Assembly (NCBI RefSeq): GCF_006345805.1
Contig: NC_042997.1
Coordinates: 170,686,001 to 170,750,000, forward strand
Length of the DNA stretch: 64,000 nt
Source of the DNA: Octopus sinensis
Taxonomy: Eukaryota
Reading direction: 5' to 3'
Part shown: piece by piece, positions 1-13,380 of the stretch
Position numbering within the stretch: position 1 is the first letter of the stretch
Layout: each line of letters begins with the position of its first letter
Made by a program: the position numbers and the translations under genes
The notes under the pieces: model-generated
What the model saw: the letters and a program-made list of their open reading frames with translations, nothing else
Database searches by the model: none
What the model was told of the DNA's origin: nothing

Positions 1-993
1 ATACACTTTATAGAGTTCCAGCAGTCTGTATAGATGTTTTCATCTGATTCGATATATGCAAACATAAATTCGGTAGTATAATATAAAAAAATGGAGTGTT
101 TGAATACAGTAAAATCAATTTATTTACATAACCGTCGATTACATAAGGTCTACGATCGTTTCAATATCTACCTTCATTAATTTTACAATTAATGATTATA
201 TTATGAGTTTAAAAGGTAGAGATCTCTCCTCTAGGAGCGATGAATATAAACTTACAACCTACGAAAAAGAGAAAGAATAAATGCAATGATGATAATGTAA
301 ATGATCATATTAGAAATAATGCTGATACGTATAACAGTAGTAACGAACATAAAATAAGTAACAATATAAACATTAAGACAAATAAGAAATGGAAGGAGCA
401 AGGAGATAGACCACTAGCTAAGACCCAAAACAAAAGAAACAAAACATAACAAAAATAACCCTGAAAACGGGGAAAATAGGCGTGGCATCGTTAATAAGGA
501 AACAACGGAAGATATCGAAAATAAAAATTGTGATTGCAAAATTAAAAACCGATGCCCATTAAGAAATTTTTGTAAAGAAAACGGTCTAATATATGGGTGT
601 GAGATAATACCTGGGTGAGAAAATTACAACTATATAGGCGCAATTGAAAACTATATAAAAAGCAGGATAGCCAACCATGAAAGCACCTTTAGATACAAGA
701 GGAAAATAGCTAGCTCTAGCCTAAGTAGATTAATTTGGGAGATAAAAGAGAAAATAAGGACTATATGCTGAAGTGGGAAGTGATTAGCAAAGCAAAATCT
801 GTTAGGATTTGGGGTCAAGAGGTGTGACTTATGCATGGAGGATATTTTCCAGATCATAACATCTAAGCATAAGTTGAGCAACAATAATAGAGAAAGAGGA
901 TTTTGTTATCCACACAGAATTAAATAAACTTTTAATAAGTATAATTAAAATAAAATAATAGTAAATTAAATAGACACTATTCAAATATACGTC

Positions 994-1007
994 TAATAAT
1001 AATAATA

Positions 1008-1101
<94 letters not shown>
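994..1101. repeat. (TAA)n followed by (TAG)n microsatellite
   Basis: Pure trinucleotide runs; source of the poly-Tyr ORF 829..1116. Confidence 0.97.
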
Positions 1102-1339
1102 TAATTCTAGAGACATGATGTGAATAAACCAAATTCTAGACTGAATGTTTTTAAAATGATAATCCCTTAGAAGAATACAAAGTGTAACCCTTACTATCAG
1201 CTGACATACCTAAATAAATAAGTTAATAATTATTGGGTAGAGAAATTAAATTCATAACAGAAATATGTATGTGTGTGTGTGTGTGCGCGTGTGGTTGGAT
1301 ATAAGGATAATATTTGAGGGAATGTGTGTATGTATATGT

Positions 1340-1400
1340 ATAAATCCTTTAAAATGTTTTAGCCCGAAGGCCGCGGCCATGCTGGGGGCACCACCGCTGT
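1340..1400 (-). mobile_element. Extreme 3' end (about 60 nt) of the CR1-type LINE also seen at 49175-49880
   Basis: aaatgttttagcccgaaggccgcggccatgctgggggcaccaccgctg is near-identical to 49178-49223. Confidence 0.8.
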
Positions 1401-1475
1401 ATATTTAATAATTTTAGATAAATTATGTATAAGTAAACACTATGATGAAGTTAAATAAATTAAAATAAACGTAGG

Positions 1476-1645
1476 TACAGGAGTGGCTGTGTGGTAAGTA
1501 GCTTGCTTACCAACCACATTGTTCCGGGTTCAGTCCCACTGCGTAGTACCTTGGGCAAGGCTTCTTAGCCTTGGGCCGACCAAAGCCTTGTGAATGGATT
1601 TGGTAGACGGAAACAGAAAGAAGCCCGTCGTATATATGTATATAT
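1476..1645 (+). mobile_element. tRNA-derived SINE family A, 5' part
   Basis: Head ggagtggctgtgtggtaagtagcttgcttaccaaccac...gggttcagtccc (A/B-box-like); matches copies at 8341, 33240 (reverse) and 63131. Confidence 0.85.
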
Positions 1646-1939
1646 ACAGTCGAAATGCCGCTAAGCATTTTAGCCCGGCGTGCTAACGTTTCTGCCAGCT
1701 TGCCGTCTTGTAGATAGTAAAAATGATGCTATACGTTGAACTTGAGAAATGTCTTGCATATTTTTACTGTTTCGCTGATAGATTGTATTTGTTATGTGTA
1801 TATTAGCTGGTTGGTTTCTTTTTCTGAAAACCCTAGTTTTTCCAGATTGACACTCTGGCATTTGCTAACAAAACCAAGTACAACAAACATCCTTGATATG
1901 AAAGAGAATTTATAAAATAAGTATTGGTAATAAATATTG

Positions 1940-2582
1940 ATTTCAAATTTTGGCACAAGCCCAGCAATTTCGGTGGAAGTGGTAAATCGATTATATCGAC
2001 ACCAGTGCTCAACTGGTTCTTATTTTATCAACCCCAAAAGGATGAAAGGCAAAGTCGACCCCGGCAGCATTTAAATGCTGATCGTCAAGTCGGATGGAAA
2101 GCCGCTAAATATTTAACCCGGCGTGGTAACGATTCTGCCAGCTCGCCGCCTTTATCATATGTATTTTTCATTTTGTCTTTACTATTTATTGCCTTGTTGA
2201 GTCAAGTATTAGACGAGTGCCTTTTCATCTTATAAACTCGTAGTCGCTAAGAAATCTTAAGTTGAGATGATCTTCGTTTGTCTTTAACAACCCAGAATCC
2301 TGATATTGAATAACTTGCGAAATTGCATCAGCCATAAAGGCCTCACTGAATAAATATAGTAAAAGATAATATGGTTTCAAATTTTTTGTACAAGGTCTGC
2401 AATTTCAGGTAGGGGTAAGTTGATTATATTGACCCTAGTGTTCAACTGCTACTTATTTTATCGACCCCCGAAAGGATGAAAGACAAAGTCGACTTCGGCG
2501 GAATTTGAACTCAGAACGCAAAGACGGGCGAAATGCCGCTAAGCATTTTGCCCGGCGTGCTAACGATTCAGCCAGCTCGCCG
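1940..2582 (-). mobile_element. Two diverged SINE family B (older subfamily) copies at about 1940-2150 and 2370-2582
   Basis: Both contain the reverse complement of gagctggcagaa...gagttcaaattccgcc.aggtcgactttgcctttcatcctttcggggtcgataa and a ttttggcacaag tail. Similar copies at about 15600-16140, 25410-25610 and 32520-32735. Confidence 0.8.
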
Positions 2583-3420
2583 TCTGTATGATATATATAT
2601 ATCTTTTTATTTTGCTAAACGATTTTATTTTCATGTTTAAAAAAGTTATCATTTTTTTTAGAAGTTCTTAATTTTCTGGGTGTGAATAGAAGATTTTTAT
2701 AATGCGCGAAATATCAGAAAAATGTCTGATTATAGTTGACTATTATGTTGAACCCGCGAAATATTTTTGTTTGTGTGAAATAGAATAATAGAGAATAAAT
2801 GTGAAATTAAGAGAAACTGATATTTTTTATGGACTTTAATAACGTTAATGGTAGAAAACAGATCACCTTTGAAGAAAAAAAAGCAAAATCAAACTAATGT
2901 TTATTTATTATCGTAAAGTTTTGTTCAAAATATTTTCATTACAATTTATCAATTTTTTTAATATTCATAGAAGTAATTTCATGATAATAAAACTAATTTA
3001 AAACAATATTTAAAATTTAGTTATTGATAAATATTATAAATTTAATTTTTCAAAGATCTTGAATTTTATCAAACGTGACCTGGTTCTGCTATTAACCATT
3101 TATAATGAAATTGAAATACGTGTTCTCTAATAATATTTAGGGAAACCTTTGAAAAAAACCCCAAAGATCTCCAGATGGGCCATGAGCTAAAAAGAAAAGG
3201 TTGGGAACCCTTTGTGAAGTGATTAGAACGATCTAGAATAAAAACTGTGTATACTCATGTAAAAGTTGAATTTCTGAAGATTTTTAAGGTTGAATTTGTG
3301 GAGTCGACTATAATATGGATACTATATTTGAACGATCGAAATCCACTCTAGAATCCCAAAATACCGTACAAGTAACAGAAGTCCAAGTGATGTCTAAATG
3401 AATAAAAAAAATGCACAATG

Positions 3421-3568
3421 GTGCAGGCGTGGTTGTGTAGTAAGAAGCTTACTTCTCAACCACATGTTTCCGGGTTCAGTCCCTCTGCGTGACACCTTGG
3501 GCAAGTGCCTTCTACTATAATCTCACGCCAACCAAAGCCTTGTGAGTGGATTTCGTAGAAGCCCGTCG

Positions 3569-3632
<64 letters not shown>

Positions 3633-4775
3633 CGTACATATCTTTGTGTCTGTGTTTGTCCCCCACCCCACCGCTTGACAACCAGTGCTGGTGTGTTTAC
3701 GTTCCCGTAACTTAGCAGTTCAGCAGACCGATAGAATAAGTACCAGGCGGATCTTTTCCTTTTGATGGACGGAATTTTCTAGTTAACTAAACAATTTGAA
3801 ACTTCGTATACTGGTAGAATGTGTCAAAAGAAAACATTATTGAAAACAAAATTGTAATTTGTAAGTTTAACGTAGTTTAATTCTTCGAATTTTAACCAAT
3901 GAAATACCAGCATTTGAGCTCAAATCATTTGCTGCGTTATCGATATTGATAAACAAACATAGCAGACGCATGCCGCATACACACACACATATATTCAGAT
4001 ACATACACACGTACACTTGCACACACACACACACAGAAGGGGGGGGGTCAATGTTTCATCGTTTCGGGGTCGATAAATTAAGTACCAATTACGCAATGGT
4101 GTCGAGGATTTTTCCCCCAATTTATATCACAACCTCCGACAAGCTGGGGCATCCTTTTATGAAAAAATATTTCGCAAATTTTTACAATACGACCTACACT
4201 CCACACGCACCCTCTAGACCGATTTAGGCACATTATTGTTTTGTTTTTGTTGTTTCTGGCCCTTCAAAACCATGGGAGAAGCCTTTTCGGTAAAAAAAAA
4301 ATAAAGAAAATATTCAAAAAATATCGTTAATATTTTTATTGGGCGACGAAATTCATCGATTTAAGAGATATAGCTGTTATTTCTAGCACATGCAGAAGAC
4401 AGAAGACAGACAGAAGAGAGAAGGGTGAATAACACGTGTGTGTGTGAGGATATTGTCTGAGTTTTTAGACGCAGCAAATGATTTGAGCTCAAATGCTGGC
4501 ATTTCATTGGTTAAAAATCGAAGAATTAAACTACGTTAAACTTACAAATTACAATTTTGTTTTCAATAATGTTTTCTTTTGACACATTCTACCAGTATAC
4601 GAAGTTTCAAATTGTTTAGTTAACTAGAAAATTCCGTCCATCAAAAGGAAAAGATCCTACCAGGCTTATAAAAAGTGAATATTGGGGTCGATGCAGTCTA
4701 CAAAATTTTTTTCAAGGCGGTGTCCCCAGCATGGTCGCAGTCTGATCAGTGAAACAAGTAAAAAATAAAAGATGA
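3421..4775 (+). mobile_element. SINE family A copy split by a 909-bp TIR element
   Basis: Head at 3421, body runs to taagtaccaggc (3748), resumes at 4666 and ends in the caaggcggtgtccccagcatggtcgcagtc...gaaacaagtaaaa tail. Confidence 0.85.
3749..4657. mobile_element. Non-autonomous DNA transposon with 189-bp TIRs and 8-bp TSD (Merlin-like, GGATC termini)
   Basis: TIRs 3749-3937 and 4469-4657 differ at 2 positions by eye. Perfect TSD TACCAGGC at 3741-3748 and 4658-4665. Confidence 0.92.
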
Positions 4776-5499
4776 AAGATAATGAATTACAGTTATATTA
4801 ATGATTTTAAGCATCAAAAGACAAACCGTATTAAACAACAGCAACCATAAATTAGGGCACGTAGCTCTGATAAATACTTACATTTCCTTTTTTTTTATTT
4901 GTATCCATCGCAATCAATTGCCTAGCTAAGTGATATCAATTTACAACCTCTAATTACTGTATAATATCACCTTCACGTAATAAATATGCACAAGGCCACA
5001 CTTGCTCGATGCCGGCGTATTAAATTTCACCCGTTCAGTGTGTTTCGCTCCAGATTTTCTCCAGCTTCATTATTTTCAAATTCGTGATTAAAATCACAAT
5101 CATTACAGGTACCGTATATCAGTGCTGCATTTTATATTTCTAATTAATTCAATGCAGCTTGAGGCTTTAAATACCAAAATTGATTTCAAGAAAAAAAAAA
5201 AAAAAAAAGAAAACATGTAGAAACACAACGTTACGCTCTACGCAAACGAAAATCTCCTGCTAAAATGTTTTCTCCTTCGTCACTGGATTAGGGACTCACA
5301 GTTTCTTTATTGCATTTTCATTTTTAATGAATTCCCTACAGCTCAGTCATAAAATATAAAACAACTATAAAATAAATAATGGTAGTGAAAACAAAAATGA
5401 AATAGTAGGCTATTATTTATGCATACAAAATGTGAAGTAGAAATTTAAAATAACGTTAAATTATAATTACATGGTACGTCTTAAACATTTTGAACACAA

Positions 5500-5995
5500 G
5501 AAGTTCATTAAAATCCTGCTAAATCACACACTTCATCATCAGTAAAGCTTCGTTATCACCAAGATGAATGATGTCATCATAAGGATCATCTTCATCTTCG
5601 CTGTCCATAGTTAGAGGCAGCGGATCTTTTCACTTTGACTGGCAGATTTAAAAGATAATTTTTTGTAACTAAACACTTTTAAACTTCGTATACTTGTATA
5701 ATGTGTCACATAAAACATCTTTTTCTCTTGGCGTTCTTGAGAAAATTCTGTAGTTTGTAAGCTATTTGTTGTTAAATTTCTCGTATTTCGGCAGTTTCAA
5801 CCAATCAATGACACATTCTACCAGTATACGAAGTTTATTAGTGTTTAGTTACAAAAAATTATTTTTAAAATCTGCCGGTCAAAGTGAAAAGATCCGAGAC
5901 CGCTCTTTCTTTATCCATGTCACTCCATCGATACCTGTTTCCTGCACCATTCAGTGTATTCGAAATACCACATTTTGCTTTCGAATGATTTGACA
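5500..5995 (-). pseudogene. Possible pogo/Tc2-type transposase C-terminal remnant interrupted by a MITE
   Basis: The minus strand reads KCGISNTLNGAGN...DMDKERA, then (after the 5622-5895 insert and a frameshift) DSEDEDDPYDD. This resembles the KCGISNALDGSED plus acidic tail of pogo-like DDE_1 transposases. Confidence 0.4.
5622..5895. mobile_element. 274-bp internally deleted GGATC-terminal MITE (Merlin-like)
   Basis: Ends ggatcttttcactttgactggcag and ctgccggtcaaagtgaaaagatcc. Degenerate 8-bp TSD gaggcagc/gagaccgc (6/8). Shares the aaacttcgtatactggtagaatgtgt subterminal motif with the other family members. Confidence 0.85.
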
Positions 5996-6698
5996 AGGCG
6001 ATGCCCCTGTAAGGCCGTAGTCTAATGATTGAAACAAGTAAAAGATAGAAGATAAATAATGTCAGTTTCCCTGCCACTTCCATGGATCAATGAGCTATTC
6101 CCAAATGAGAAACAGTGATGAAGCCCCCATACTGCCTCCTTTAATACATGTTTTTCTCTCTATCAAGGATTCGGTTGTTCCGCTTGATTTCTATTACGTT
6201 CTTAAATGCTTTATCGATACTAACATCTAATGATCGCAAAACTTGTTAAGTCCGCTGGGAATTATAGCTATGTCAGTGTTTTGTAATCAGAAGTTATCAA
6301 GAATGTTTTTCCTTTGAGGTACCCTAAACTGGTCCCGGACGAGCAAATTCTTTCTCCACCAGGTCGTAAGTTTCAAGCATACTTTACCCATTTTCTCCAT
6401 CTACCCTCATCCATCAAGCTTTGGGAACGCACATGGGTGACAAATTCTTTTAGAAATTTCTCCCTGACAAAATACTTTGTCTTAAAAATAACCATTAGTT
6501 TTTTAGCTTACAAAGAAATTGGGAGTCCCTAATCCAGCGACGAAGAGCAAAATGTTTTGTTGGGAGGTTGTTGTTTGCGTAGAGAGTAATGTTGTGTTTC
6601 TACGGGTTTTGCTTTCCTTTTTTTAAAAAAAATCAATTCTGGTATTCAAAGGTTTAAGTTGCACTGGATTAATTAGAAATATAAAATGCAGTACTGAT

Positions 6699-7084
6699 CG
6701 TTGTGGCACTCCGTCGGTTACGACGACGAGGGTTCCAGTTGATCCGATCAACAGAACAGCCTGCTCGTGAAATTGACGTGCACTGGCTGAGCACTCCACA
6801 GACACACGTACCCTTAACGTACTTCTCGAGGAGATTCAGCGTGATACAGTGCGTAACAAGGCTAGCCCTTTGAAATACAGGTACAACAGAAACAGGAAGA
6901 AAGAGTGAGAGAAAGTTGTGGTTAAAGAGTACAGCAGGGATCACCACAACCCCCTGCCGGAGCCTCGTGGAGTGTTTGGTGTTTTCACTCAATAAACACT
7001 CACAACGCCCGGTCTGGGAATCGAAACCGCGAACCTACGACCGCGAGTTCGCTGCTCTAACCACTGGGCCATTGCGCCACCACA
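6699..7084 (-). mobile_element. tRNA-derived SINE family E, full length
   Basis: Minus-strand head gtggcgcaatggcccagtggttagagcagcgaactcgcggtcgtaggttcgcggtttcgattccc. 10-bp TSD cagtactgat at 6689-6698 and 7085-7094. Tail is shared with the family D copy at 50882. Confidence 0.9.
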
Positions 7085-7481
7085 CAGTACTGATATACTG
7101 TACCTGTAATGATTGTGAAAAAACGAAAAGTAGTCCTACTTTCCTTTAGACCGGCAAATCCCATCAATACTGTTTTCTTCTTTTCGATTCACAGTTCACT
7201 TCTCTGGTATGTCAAGAATGAAGGGTGTTTCATCTATGGTACCTATGAATGATAACTGGTTGCTTTCCTTTTGCCGATCTTTGACTACAAACAACAAAAA
7301 CTATATCTTATGTAATCAGAAGGTAGCTTTTAAGTGCTCCGCTAATATTCTAAGTCATAGCATCTCATGAACCTAGTGCACTATCCAGTACCTGTTTTAA
7401 AATTCGATATGAAATCTTTGATTTCTTCCCTTCGAACATGGACTCCGAGGGCTGCACGAATACCAATTTTTGTTTTGACTA

Positions 7482-7980
7482 CCGTAAATCCTCGAGTATA
7501 GTCCGCCCTTGCGTATAATACGCAGGGGATTTTTAGGAGGCTGTACCTCTGAAAAATCTAAACCTTGTGTATAATACGCACCCCTTCCCAATCTTGAGTC
7601 AAGGAGGTCTATATAACGTCCTTGGTTTGTAAAAATGTATACGGTAACGTACTTTATTATTATTGTATATATAGCATAATGCAAACGTATAGCATTTTTG
7701 TGCATTTTGTTTGCAGAAAATAAAGAAATAACAGTAATAACGTTTAATAAATGTTGCTTACTGCAAGTTATGAATGATTCTTTTATGACTTCATTGCTTA
7801 AGGTATTTTCGCGCCCGACATCACAAAATGTGTCTGAATAAACATTACCGGACAGCAAATAGAGACTCGGACATTGCTTAGAAAATAATTTTCATTTTTA
7901 ACCTCGTGTATAATACGCACTAGGGATTTTGACCTTTAAATTTTGGGGAAAAAATGCGGATTATACTCGAGGATTTACGA
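7482..7980. mobile_element. Tc1/mariner-superfamily MITE (Tc2/pogo-like, CCGTA termini)
   Basis: 25-bp TIRs ccgtaaatcctcgagtatagtccgc and gcggattatactcgaggatttacga, TA on both sides, internal motif (g/c)gtataatacgca three times. Confidence 0.88.
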
Positions 7981-8340
7981 TATTTTCTAGTACCCATTAT
8001 GCAATTTTTTTTCTTTAGTTGTGGTCACTATCTTGGTTTATCTTTGTTAACACATTTTATTTTTTGATATTCTTTGCAGTTTATACGATATTTTTCGCCA
8101 GTCACTCCCTAGTTTCTCTTAAAAACAAAATTCTTTTGCTACAATGTAGTCGTCTTCTCAGCAACTTCAATAACTTATAGCTTTAAAGCTGATGAATTAT
8201 CTTAGGCACTTTTACACAAAATGACAGCCAATGTTGAAGCCTCTTTAAATGTTAAAACTCTTTTAAAACAATGCAAAGAGACGTTATGAACCAACTTCGC
8301 TTGTTCGATAATGAACTTTTAAGAAATCTATAACCTAACA

Positions 8341-9790
<1,450 letters not shown>

Positions 9791-10355
9791 TAACGTTTTC
9801 GAGAATTGTACATAAAAACACACTGCTCATAGGCTACCCTTGATTCGCAAATGTGAAGAACTGGGATCCACTTTTACACGAGATAACTGGAAAATTCCAA
9901 TTTTTTTCGGCTAAAAATATAGTGCCGACTTTTACTCTGGTAAACATGGTATCGATAAAAACTATGTGTCAACTATTCATCGAAAATGAAATATATATTT
10001 CGAAAATTAGACAGCTCTTCATCAATAAACATTTCTATATGTCTTCATTGCTAAGAACATGGATAAATTTTATGGTAGGTAATTAAATCGATCTAAGTAT
10101 ATTACTGTGCCTATTTCATAAACCCTGTAGGAATAAACAGAAATATTGATTCGCGACAGGATTTGAACTCAGAACTCGGACCAACGTAAGAAATTGTTAT
10201 ATATGGAGATGTATGAGTGTGTGGTTGTATTAGTGCTTTGCGTGTGTTTGTTCGTGCGTGCGTGTGATGTGTGAGTGTGTAAAAAGAGACTGTGCGTATC
10301 TGAGTGTGTAAGAATATTTGAATATAATTAGTATAGAATATTCTATAGTAATGCC

Positions 10356-10413
<58 letters not shown>

Positions 10414-12290
10414 GCTACTGTTGCTAGAATGCATAACTCCGATACTTTAGGATCACTATAAATGATTGTAATTTGTACTGACCTCTTCATAATGGAGAAA
10501 TCAATTTGTCTTTCGTATTGATTAATTCATTGATTGCTCCCATAAGGAATTCCCTAGATGTAATTTTTTTCTTTTGCCTTGTCTTTGATAAAAAATAATA
10601 TTATTGGTGGTATGTATGGCGGAAGGCGGGGGTCCTTGATGGAATTTAAAGTCTGTTATTTCGGGTCGATCAAGGAAGGGATCGCTAGTATTTTTTTTTT
10701 TATCAGGTCGGCATTAGAGACCATCGCTGCATTGCAGTTATGCATATTTATGGTCGAGCTAATGATGGAAGATCTATGTGCTGGAAATGACAGCTAAGTC
10801 CCCCGGAAATAACACCCTACTGTCTTTAAAAACGGCACAATACACTGAATAGGGCAGTCCTAGGTACAGTATGACTGGGGTAAAAGACGTGATGGTCACG
10901 ACTGAAACGTTTTTGTTTATTGGTCTGCTGGATTATGGCTCATCTCGGATTAAACAATAACTTATTTAAGCTAGGAATCTCTACGCAGTCACTCGACCTA
11001 ATACAACTAGCAACCAAATTTCCCTTCAAACAGAACTCTTCACTTTTTTATTTTTAAGGACACATTGGATTATTTAATAATGTTAGATATGTCCCGACTG
11101 AAAAAGAAAACAGGATGGTCACGGTTGGAAGTCTTTGATCATGGGTATAATGGATTATGAGGAAGGCTTAAGAACAATTTCGGGACTGAAATCTTGTAGA
11201 CATCGTCCTGGCAACTCCTGTAGCTATTTACTATTCCAAACACGATCGTCCCTTCCTTTTACATGCCAAAGGCCACATTAGCGAATGTATCCTTCCGATT
11301 TAAAGGGTGTGGTCTGACTGCTGTTTCAGGCATGCCAAGCGACCACGAAAACATTCCTTCGTTTTACAAAGCTATAGCATTGTAAAATTGACGAGTGAGT
11401 TCAACTGCACTTCAAGAAGGATGAGGTGGGCTCCGCCTAATTGGCTTACTTTAAATATTTATTCTGCGTAAAAACAAAACCTTCTGTCGTACCCCTTTGA
11501 GTCTAACGGATAATGATACAAACTGGAACCATCGTAAATAATTGAGCCAACTAGAGGGAGTCTCTGTTGTTGTTTCGCTGCTAGAAATAGATACCAAATA
11601 TCCCGTGAGCCATACACTCTACAAAATTTAGAAAAAGAAATATACCACACTTGGAGATTTTCTTTTTTTATTTTCACAGCTTAGTTAGGGAGGGAAGGAC
11701 AGTAGCGATAACCTTCCATTATTTTTCAGAGCCTCCAAAACTAGGGTGATATTAGGGGGAAGTTACCTTCAACTTGGACACCTGGTTCGAATGCTTTAAA
11801 CAGAGTAAATTCTGCTACCAAGTTACCAAGGCTGGTAACGTTGAGCCGGGAGGCGAATTGTCTATCACCCCAATTTAGGACACTATATTGTAAAATGAGA
11901 TGGGATGATCATGACTGGAATACCTTCGATCGTAGATCCGTTTACCAGATCTGGAACGGGACTAAACATATTGCTTGAGAAAGACAGATATGTTACTCAT
12001 GGTACCCTACACAGAGATGAAGCCTTTCGATATGTAGAGTCATTCACGAACATTCTCGAGATTTTCCACCACCATCGCCACTGTCACAATTACCAAGGAG
12101 CTTGCATGGAAGCCACGGATGTCGTTGCTTGATTTACCTAGAAATAAAAAATCTTCCTCAGATTACATCGTGTTATCTTAAAAGAGAGTAGAAACATTGA
12201 ATTAGATTTTTTTTTCATTGGTTAGGTCCAGGGGAAGAGATTGTGCTTGTGGACATCTGGAGATCCTGAGAAACCACTGAGATTAATACC

Positions 12291-12849
12291 TATTTCTTTA
12301 CTACCCACAAGGGGCTAAACACAGAGAGAACCAGTGCGTAACTGGTACTTATTTAATCGACCCCGAAAGCATGAAAGGCAAAGTCGACCTCAGCGGAATT
12401 TGAACTCAGAACGTAACGACAGACGAAATACCTATTTCTTTACTACCCACATGCGGCTAAACACAGAGAGGACAAACAAGGACAGACAAACGGATTAAGT
12501 CGATTACATCGACCCCAGTGCGTAACTGGTATTTATTTAATCGACCCCGAAAGGATGAAAGGCAAAGTCGACCTCGGCGGAATTTGAACTCAGAACGTAA
12601 CGACAGACGAAATACCTATTTCTTTACTACCCACAAGGGGCTAAACACAGAGAGGACAAACAAGGACAGACAAACGGATTAAGTCGATTACATCGACCCC
12701 AGTGCGTAACTGGTATTTATTTAATCGACCCCGAAAGGATGAAAGGCAAAGTCGACCTTGGCGGAATTTGAACTCAGAACGTAACGACAGACGAAATACC
12801 ACTGAGCATTTCGCCCGGCGTGCTAACGTTTCTGCCAGCTCGCAGCTTT
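12291..12849 (-). mobile_element. SINE family B trimer (184-bp period) flanked by a single TSD
   Basis: acgtaacgacagacgaaatac recurs at 12411, 12595 and 12779. The flanking direct repeat cactgagattaatacc is at 12275-12290 and 12850-12865. Confidence 0.92.
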
Positions 12850-12869
12850 CACTGAGATTAATACCGTGA

Positions 12870-13380
12870 ACGTTCCACTTATTCTGGCACAAGTTGAAGG
12901 CTGCATGAAAATCGTATGCAGAGAAAGAGAATTCCAGATGACCAGCGTAGTGGAAAGTAAGAACCGGACTGAGGGATCTGTATCGAGTTTGATGGCATAA
13001 GGAGGCTGGGCACCATATGGTGACAAGAAGATCAGAGACGAAAGAGTCGGGAGTGTTTGATCGGGGGTGGAATGAAGTAATTTTAAAATATAGTAAGCAT
13101 GAATGTCCTGGATATGACTTTAAACTGCATCTAGGAATGAGGACCTGTTTCGGGAGATCTAGAGGTTTCCCACTATTGTTCCCGGTTCTGTTCTGACTCT
13201 GAGTAGTAGCATCTGTCAGATGAAACCCTTCAGCTTTTTAGCTGCTCAGCTAAGACAAGATAACTCCACACAAATCATGCGTCCTAATGACCATTGGGAT
13301 CGTGGCACTTGTTGCGCCAGACAAATACAAGTTTGAAGGATGAGGCAGTGAAACTGGCTTTGCACAAACCATGCCCAGTG
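12870..13380 (-). mobile_element. Old CR1/L2-group LINE 3' remnant
   Basis: The minus strand reads ...LVIWNSLSLHTIF..., resembling the WNSLP motif at the C-terminus of CR1/L2 ORF2. A similar remnant lies at about 43190-43480. Confidence 0.4.

Noticed and set aside
829-1116. Poly-Tyr/Leu ORF and the many CV-, HT-, YI-, LS- and I-repeat ORFs throughout the track
   Set aside because: They are translations of microsatellites, which lack stop codons in some frames. There is no coding signal.
12291-12849. Regular repeat array superficially like CRISPR
   Set aside because: The units are full 184-bp SINE bodies with no unique spacers, in a eukaryotic context with no cas genes.
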